DNA of 64,000 nt from an uncultured Candidatus Saccharibacteria bacterium (GTDB lineage: Bacteria; Patescibacteriota; Minisyncoccia; Phycocordibacterales; UBA918): NCBI GenBank assembly GCA_964643955.1, contig CAZXUO010000001.1:171828-235827 (forward strand), written 5' to 3'. How positions within the stretch are numbered: position 1 is the first letter of the stretch; the number at the start of each line of letters is the position of its first letter. Positions 57,588 through 64,000 of the stretch are shown here, in pieces. Below the pieces are notes generated by a model. It saw nothing but the letters and a program-made list of their open reading frames with translations, did not search any database and had not been told where the DNA came from. A program made the position numbers and the translations under genes.

Positions 57588-58042
57588 TTCGATTACTTAT
57601 ACCTCGTAATACATATCAGCATATCATGAACGAACAACAGCCCCCGAAGGGGCTGTTGTTTTCTGGTGCCGATAAGCCGAATTCTGTACGCAGATATACT
57701 CTGCGTGATAGTCATTTATCTGGGATGATTGTTACCAATCACCTCAAGCGGCACTTCTTTTGTAGGCATATGCTGCTACAAAAGACACGGCCTTGCGCGC
57801 AGGTAGGAATTTAGCCGTTTCACCTCGCACGTCGCCATGCAAGCTCATCTCATCATTGCTGATGAGATGCTCTCATCCTTTCGTAGAGAGCGTCTCTGCT
57901 CGCATCCCGAAGATTTCTCTCGATGGGCGTTACCCACTACCGTCCTCCTCTATTGCTAGAGGGCGTGTTCGGACTTTCCTCCCGCACCCATATTAGGTAC
58001 GAGCGACTATCTGGCACAACAATATTATACAATACGAAACAA

Positions 58043-58531
58043 TTATCGCAAGTCTTCAGGAATGAGGTACTGCGGAAGAGTAAGCGTATCCCCTATCTTA
58101 ATTCCAAATGATTCTGCGTACGTGCCGTTGGTCTCAATCACGAAGCGTGCGGGTGTGCGCGGCTCAAATGCTTGTGGAAATGTATCAGGACGCATCTCGC
58201 TTTTTATATCAACCACTTTGAAATTTTCATCAATCCAAATAACATCAATCACGATCAGCATGTCTTTCATCCAGATGCGATGATAATCGCTTTCATCAAA
58301 AATAAAGAGCATGCCCTCAGTCGGTCCGAGCGCTGTGCGGCCACTAAGACCTTGCGCACGCAACTCAGGTGTATCAGCAATCGATACTCGTATCGGAACA
58401 TTCTCAATACGAATCACTGGATTTTCACTATTTGAAGGAGGTGTCACAAACGGTATTGTCCCACCAGAAAAATAAACAAACGCACCACCAATAACAACTA
58501 AAACGACGACGAGAATAAGTGCCTTCTGCAT
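58043..58531 (-). CDS. DUF192 family protein (COG1430)
   Basis: GLSGR...GMLFIFD...IWMKDMLIVIDVIWID signature. The Met at 58579 falls inside the terminator hairpin, so the internal Met is used as the start. Confidence 0.6.
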   Translation of the reverse strand: MQKALILVVVLVVIGGAFVYFSGGTIPFVTPPSNSENPVIRIENVPIRVSIADTPELRAQGLSGRTALGPTEGMLFIFDESDYHRIWMKDMLIVIDVIWIDENFKVVDIKSEMRPDTFPQAFEPRTPARFVIETNGTYAESFGIKIGDTLTLPQYLIPEDLR

Positions 58532-58575
58532 ACCCCTCAATAATAGCACGTGTATTTTGGTGGTGCGCAAACTAT

Positions 58576-58608
58576 ACACAAAAGCGCCCGTACGGGCGCT
58601 TTTGTGTA
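58576..58608. terminator. Terminator (acacaaaagcgcccg tac gggcgcttttgtgt)
   Basis: Perfect 15-bp stem. Confidence 0.8.
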
Positions 58609-58622
58609 TCTACGCATCAAAC

Positions 58623-61600
58623 CTACGGACACGAGTACGAGAAGGTCGACCCTGCAAACGCTTCGTGTACAAGGTTGTAGAGATTAAGATCGTATTGCTG
58701 CAACTCGGACTTTGTATTTACGTAATTGTGAATACCATTTGGATTTGTTGCTTGGAGATTTGTGTTGAAGTACGACTGCACACCCTCTGCCCAATATTCT
58801 TCGTGATTAGTGCGTGCGTACGTATTTGCCCACAAGCCTGCTGACATTGCTACCTGGTATGCCTGCTGTACTCGACCGACAAATGATCCATCGAGACCGA
58901 GATTGAGAATTGAGTGTGCAAATTCGTGCACAAAGACGCTCTCTCCGCGGTATCGATCAGCGGTATAACAGAGGAGATTTTCTTCAGCTGCTGTTGAGTA
59001 CGGCATAAACGTGGTGCCGCCGAGACCACGTGCGCGGTTGTCCCAATCCGTTCCTGGGAACTGCGAGTAGAGATTGCGGTGCTCTGGAATATCAGTCGTC
59101 ACTTCATTCTTTGACATGATACCCACGCGATGTCCGTTTCCGTTCATCGTGACAAATACATCAGCGCGCTTCTCGAGCATACGTGACGCAAGTCGAGCGG
59201 CTTCAGCAACCGCAGCATTTGGCGTAGCCGAAGATGCGGCAAAACGCATACCCTTATAATCGCAATACTTGTCGTACCACGGATCAAGTCCGAGACCCTG
59301 TGCTTCACTATCACTAATCGTTCTCACCGTACACACTGCTGATGCCTGCGGTGTCTGTGGTTGCGTCGGAGTGGTTGGTGTCGTTGGTTGTGTTGGTACC
59401 GTCGGCTGCGTGACCACGGGTGCAGTTACCTTAAACGAGATCGAGCTACAGTTATTATTTTCGTTTGACTCTCCGACAAGATTGGTCACATCTGCGCAGA
59501 AATAGACGCGATGATCTCCAGCGGTCGGCGACCATACGATAGACACCGGTGCCGAGAGACCTCCTGCGGTAATTCCGGTTACAAGCGGATCAATTCCACC
59601 AATACGACCACTCGAAGATGTACATGATTCATTGTTGAGACAGAACCGTGTGTAGAAGACATCCGCAATACCCCCTGTGTTACGCACATTCGCCATAAAT
59701 GTGATTGGCGTACCTGCAACGAGCGTGTTCGTGAGTCGTGTAAGACCTTCAGGACGAAGTTCTGGCAATACTGGTGCCTGAACGGGTGGTACATAGATTG
59801 GCTGCTGCGGCGTCTGCGGTTGTTGTGGTGCTGATGGCGCTCCTACTCCCGTACCATTTCCTGAAAGATAATTCATGACCGGCGTGTACGCAGGCTTTCG
59901 TGAATCACCTCCCTGACGCACCAGACCAAAACTATTTTCGGTGGTCTCAAAGTCAGCATTACCAATACCCGACCAATCAGAATCACGATATTCGTATACA
60001 AGCACTGGCGAGATACCAACTGCTGAGATTGCCTGCACTGACTTCAAGATAATGTCAGTCTGCTGCGATTCACTTCTTCCTGGACCTTGTGATGCCATTC
60101 CCGTCTCAGCGGTGTAGATACGCTTTTCAGGATAGCGATTCTTTAGTTGGCCAAAGAATGACGGAATCTGATCGAATGCGCGCTGATAGTTTGCGTCAAT
60201 TCCCTGCCCAGGCAGATACACGTCCATACCGATCCAGTCGATTGAAGGACGTACTGCGTCAATAAATGCGAAGAGTCGATTGAGATTTTGTGCGGTCATT
60301 GCCTCAGTGACGCCAGGTGCGCCTGAGATAGACATCGTGATTGGCGCACTGCTGTGAGCGCGGATAGCCGAGCGAGCAACCGCCATCGTCTCACCAAGCT
60401 CTGAGAGATACGACGTGCGCATCGCGAGCGTGTCGGCAGAATCCCAATTTGAGAAGGTGCGATTTGCGAGTGCACCAGGACGGAGATCAGGGAGTGTCCA
60501 ATTTGGCTCCCACAGATGATTACCCGTTCGATAGTCGGTGATGTTTGCTTCGTTGGTCACCTGCCAGAGATCGACATTGCCCGCAAACTGTCGCGCGAGG
60601 TAGTCCATGTGTGTACGCGTGAGTTCAAGATATTCACTATGAGTGAATTGTTGTGAACGCGCATTCAAACGCGGAATAAGGTTGAGCTGTACTTTAAGTC
60701 CTTTTGATTTTGCGTACGCAACGGCTTCCTTGTATCGATCGATGTGCGCTTGATTGAAGGTGATGTTTGTTGGACTTGCGATGTTGAGCATCGTGTCCCA
60801 CTCCTGTACATAGAGACGCACCCACGCAACCTCACCTGCGATATCATCGATTGCGCGCTTGAAGTCAGCAAGTACGGGGCCGTCTGCGGTATTACTTGAG
60901 CCTTGCATCTGTACTGTAAATCCAAATTCTGCGCTACCTCCAACAACCGGAGGAATCACCGGCTCAACAGGAACAACCGGTACTACAGGCACGACAGGAG
61001 GAACGACAGCTCCTGAGACCTCAAGCTCGATTGAAGCGCAGTTATTGTCTCGATTTACCTCAGGCACATCATCGTCTGTGTTTACACAGAAATAAAGTGT
61101 GTGGTCTCCCGCTTCTGCAGTCCATGTGCGCGATACTGGCAACGACGTCTCTCCTGACTGGAGTGGCAAACCTTGTGCAGAGACACGATGACCCGGATTA
61201 AGTCGGCCATTTGCATTCGTCAAACAATTTGGATTGTCGATACAGAAACGCGCCCATGAGTCTGGTGCAGGAGCATTACCGATATTTCGAATGTACGCGA
61301 TAAATGTCACGTACGAACCTGTCGTGATTGGCCCCGTGCCAATACGAGCAACTCCTGTTGGTACAAGATCGTGCTGGCCTATCGGCGTTGGAATGATTGG
61401 TGTTTCAATATCAGGAACTTCTATCGGATACGTAGGGACGACTGGGACCGTCGGCGTCACGGGTACGATCGGCACTTGAGCAGCAGTTCCCTCCACATAC
61501 ACCGGAAATGAGGTGCAGTTGTTGTCTTCGTTTGATTCAGTGACTGCCCTGCTTACATCTGCACAGAAATAAATCGTATGTGTACCTCCGGTCGCAGTCC

Positions 61601-63953
61601 ACGTGGCTGCAACCGGAGTTGAGACGGTGTTTTGACTCATTATTCCGATCGTATGGCTTGAACCGATCGTACCTGCTGAACTATCGAGACACTCGTCGTT
61701 GTCAACGCAAAAACGTGCCTGCGATGTACCTGCGACGCCGCCGAGATTGCGCACATTTGAGAGAAATGTCACGGGATCGCCTGCGCGAATAATGCCTGTG
61801 CCTAGGCGTGTGAAATTGACTGGATTGAGATCAGGCTGGATGGTAGTAACCGGAGGTACTACCTGTGTTTGAGAGACAACCGTAACAGTAACGTGCGCGC
61901 AGTTGTTATTTTCGTTTGATTCACTAAGTGCTCGAGTAACATCGGTACAGAAATATACCGTGTACGTTCCTGCGCTCGAAGGGACCCAGCTACGAGTTAC
62001 GAGGCCATGAGTCTGAGATTGCTGGAGTGATGGGATGCTCTGATCAGTACCAAGACGTCCAGACGTACTTGTCGTGCAGTTTTCATTATCAACGCATATA
62101 CGTGCGAATGATGAATTTGCAACTCCACCAGCATTCCCGACATATCCCATCACACTAATCGGTGTACCGAGGTACACCGCACCCGCAGGTGACGCAGAGA
62201 ATCCAGAAACATAGAGATCGGGCTGGATCGTCGTTACCGGAGGTACGATAGGCTCAGAAACAGTCGCCGCGTTTACACTAAAAGTGAGTGACGTACAGTT
62301 GTTGTCTTCGTTTGATTCAGTCACCTGTGCACTTGGACTTGGATCTGCGCAGAAATAAATCGTGTGCGTACCCGCGGTCGCAGCCCACGTACTTGAAGTC
62401 ATCGTGCGACTCGTTTGATTGCTTCCGAGCGATCCACCTGAAGTCGAGAGTCGATGTCCGTCGCCAAGTCGCGTATTTGCCGAACCATAGCAATCTCCTT
62501 CCCCTCGACTATCGATACAAAAGCGCGCCCACGAGTCAGGGGCTGTTGCATTACCGTAGTTGCGGACTGCAGCAGAAAATACGACCGGCTGCCCCGCAGT
62601 AATTGCTCCCGATGGCGAACGCATGAGGTTGATCGGAATAAGATCCGCACGCAATGTCGGCGCTTCTACCGGCGCATTCACGCTGAAAGAAAGTGACGTA
62701 CAGTTGTTTGAAAGGGATCCTTCTGCTACGCGCGGGTTACCAGTATTGGCACACATATAGACCGTGTGATTGCCTGCGACTGCTGTCCACGTGCGTGCTT
62801 GTGACGCAGAACTATTTGGATCGAGCGCGGGAATAGTCTGATCTGAACCGATGTACCCTGCGTCATTGTTAAGACAATCTGCATTGTTGAGACAGAAACG
62901 CACCCACGGCCCACCCACCGAACGAGTCGCGCCTACGTTGCGCACTGAACCAGAGAAGGTCATGAGCTGGCCAGCGGTTATCGTCCCTGATGGCGAACGC
63001 GTGAGATTGATCGCAGAAAAATCAGCAGGAGTTGCGACAGGTGCAGTGCCTACGCTAAACGTCATTGACGTACAGTTGTTACTTTCGTTTGACTCATTGA
63101 CCTGCGGACTTGGACTTGGGTCTGCACAGAAATAAATCGTGTGCGTGCCTTGCGTTGCGGTCCATGTACGTGATGCAGACGAGGACGTCTGACCTGCGGG
63201 GAGCGGACTTCCCGATTCAGAAAGTCGATGACCAGGATCGAGACGGCCGTTTGTTGACGTGAGACAGCTTGAATTATCGATACAGAAGCGTGCCCATGAG
63301 TCGGGTGCTTCTGCGGTACCTTGGTTGCGCACCGCCGCGGTAAAGGTTACTTCTGTACCCGCAGTCAATGTGCCTGATGGTGAGCGCGAGAGACCAACAG
63401 GAATGAGGTCTGCACGCGCTGAAGAAGACGTATCGGTTGCTGCATTCACGGTAAACGTGAGCGAAGCACAGTTGTTGTTGAGTGTACTTTCTGGTACAGG
63501 AGGGTTACCAGTGTTTACACAAAAGTATGCCGTATGAGTACCGGCAGTCGCATTCCATGCACGCGTGTATGTATCTGACACCTGATCAGCATTGAGTGCC
63601 GTTGTCGACGGATCAAAACCTATGTGACCCGTATCGCTCGTCAAACAATTTGGATTATCGATACAGAAGCGTGCCCATGGTGCGTATGGATTGTCACCAC
63701 CTTGATTGCGTACTGCCGCAGAAAAATAAACCTGCGACCCTTCAGTGATCGTGCCCGAAGGATTGCGTGAGAAGTTTGCAGGCACAAGATCAGGTGTACC
63801 TGATGTCTGCGCCACCATACTTCCCTGCAACAGCTGCACCAAACGCTCAAGAAGCGACACCTGCGTCACGAGTGACGACGATGTCTGTGCGAACGCAGGC
63901 ATTGCGATAGCAAAAGCGAGTGTGAGCGAAAGGATTCCGGTAGTTAATCTCAT
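58623..63953 (-). CDS. Giant secreted surface protein (1776 aa): signal peptide, about 10 CARDB-like repeat domains, a clan GH-A-like glycoside hydrolase domain, further CARDB repeats and a C-terminal HEFAH zincin-like domain
   Basis: The repeated unit reads DL.P.....P.G.I..G..V.F...VRN.G...A.....ARFC.DN..C...(T/S)G..TIYFC.D....V.ES.E.NNC. The GH domain contains WQVTNEAN. The zincin-like motif is VHEFAHSIL. Confidence 0.7.
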   Translation of the reverse strand: MRLTTGILSLTLAFAIAMPAFAQTSSSLVTQVSLLERLVQLLQGSMVAQTSGTPDLVPANFSRNPSGTITEGSQVYFSAAVRNQGGDNPYAPWARFCIDNPNCLTSDTGHIGFDPSTTALNADQVSDTYTRAWNATAGTHTAYFCVNTGNPPVPESTLNNNCASLTFTVNAATDTSSSARADLIPVGLSRSPSGTLTAGTEVTFTAAVRNQGTAEAPDSWARFCIDNSSCLTSTNGRLDPGHRLSESGSPLPAGQTSSSASRTWTATQGTHTIYFCADPSPSPQVNESNESNNCTSMTFSVGTAPVATPADFSAINLTRSPSGTITAGQLMTFSGSVRNVGATRSVGGPWVRFCLNNADCLNNDAGYIGSDQTIPALDPNSSASQARTWTAVAGNHTVYMCANTGNPRVAEGSLSNNCTSLSFSVNAPVEAPTLRADLIPINLMRSPSGAITAGQPVVFSAAVRNYGNATAPDSWARFCIDSRGEGDCYGSANTRLGDGHRLSTSGGSLGSNQTSRTMTSSTWAATAGTHTIYFCADPSPSAQVTESNEDNNCTSLTFSVNAATVSEPIVPPVTTIQPDLYVSGFSASPAGAVYLGTPISVMGYVGNAGGVANSSFARICVDNENCTTSTSGRLGTDQSIPSLQQSQTHGLVTRSWVPSSAGTYTVYFCTDVTRALSESNENNNCAHVTVTVVSQTQVVPPVTTIQPDLNPVNFTRLGTGIIRAGDPVTFLSNVRNLGGVAGTSQARFCVDNDECLDSSAGTIGSSHTIGIMSQNTVSTPVAATWTATGGTHTIYFCADVSRAVTESNEDNNCTSFPVYVEGTAAQVPIVPVTPTVPVVPTYPIEVPDIETPIIPTPIGQHDLVPTGVARIGTGPITTGSYVTFIAYIRNIGNAPAPDSWARFCIDNPNCLTNANGRLNPGHRVSAQGLPLQSGETSLPVSRTWTAEAGDHTLYFCVNTDDDVPEVNRDNNCASIELEVSGAVVPPVVPVVPVVPVEPVIPPVVGGSAEFGFTVQMQGSSNTADGPVLADFKRAIDDIAGEVAWVRLYVQEWDTMLNIASPTNITFNQAHIDRYKEAVAYAKSKGLKVQLNLIPRLNARSQQFTHSEYLELTRTHMDYLARQFAGNVDLWQVTNEANITDYRTGNHLWEPNWTLPDLRPGALANRTFSNWDSADTLAMRTSYLSELGETMAVARSAIRAHSSAPITMSISGAPGVTEAMTAQNLNRLFAFIDAVRPSIDWIGMDVYLPGQGIDANYQRAFDQIPSFFGQLKNRYPEKRIYTAETGMASQGPGRSESQQTDIILKSVQAISAVGISPVLVYEYRDSDWSGIGNADFETTENSFGLVRQGGDSRKPAYTPVMNYLSGNGTGVGAPSAPQQPQTPQQPIYVPPVQAPVLPELRPEGLTRLTNTLVAGTPITFMANVRNTGGIADVFYTRFCLNNESCTSSSGRIGGIDPLVTGITAGGLSAPVSIVWSPTAGDHRVYFCADVTNLVGESNENNNCSSISFKVTAPVVTQPTVPTQPTTPTTPTQPQTPQASAVCTVRTISDSEAQGLGLDPWYDKYCDYKGMRFAASSATPNAAVAEAARLASRMLEKRADVFVTMNGNGHRVGIMSKNEVTTDIPEHRNLYSQFPGTDWDNRARGLGGTTFMPYSTAAEENLLCYTADRYRGESVFVHEFAHSILNLGLDGSFVGRVQQAYQVAMSAGLWANTYARTNHEEYWAEGVQSYFNTNLQATNPNGIHNYVNTKSELQQYDLNLYNLVHEAFAGSTFSYSCP

Positions 63954-64000
63954 ACGAAAATTATTAAATGGTTATGCTGATCATGTATCTTCTTCTACTT

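Noticed and set aside
59000-63600. Regularly spaced similar sequences that could suggest a CRISPR array
   Set aside because: The repeats are about 400 bp, divergent, in-frame protein domain repeats (CARDB-like) inside a continuous 5.3-kb ORF. They are not short direct repeats separated by unique spacers.

Overview
The window is a 64-kb bacterial chromosomal segment of roughly 48-50% GC. Its gene content looks like a Gram-positive-type or Patescibacteria-like lineage; that placement is inference. Three blocks make up most of it. Block 1 (1-24 kb, mostly + strand) is a housekeeping cluster: rpsA, tyrS, pth, lepB, rpsU, ybeY, ftsA, ftsZ, trxB and tsaD. Block 2 (23.7-31.3 kb, + strand) is a cellulose-synthase-like exopolysaccharide cluster: a GtrB-like GT2 with its small partner protein, two GH8 glycoside hydrolases, a BcsA-like synthase without a PilZ domain, and a PMT_2/ArnT-like membrane glycosyltransferase carrying a LysM domain. 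Block 3 (31.3-44.8 kb, - strand) is a 13.5-kb cell-surface 'matrix' supercluster. It combines an icaA/icaD/icaB-like module (processive GT2, small membrane protein, CE4 deacetylase), a sortase next to a surface protein, and an ER-type signal peptidase SipW flanked by two very large proteins that carry the SipW-cognate (TasA/camelysin-type) signal motif. Other notable items follow. An alternative-oxidase-like di-iron protein sits with a membrane partner. Five tRNAs are present, and three of them (Glu, Phe, Arg) are each followed about 140-165 bp downstream by a perfect 19-22-bp copy of their own 3' end, which looks like an att-site footprint. A high-GC (about 65%) archaemetzincin-like gene lies between two of those tRNA loci. 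The first 550 bp are also anomalously GC-rich and hold a 56-aa ORF with a perfect Shine-Dalgarno. A catalytically degenerate HisRS paralog is present. A 1776-aa repetitive CARDB-type surface protein ends the window. All annotations rest on motif recognition by eye, with no database searches, so paralog and substrate assignments are hypotheses.
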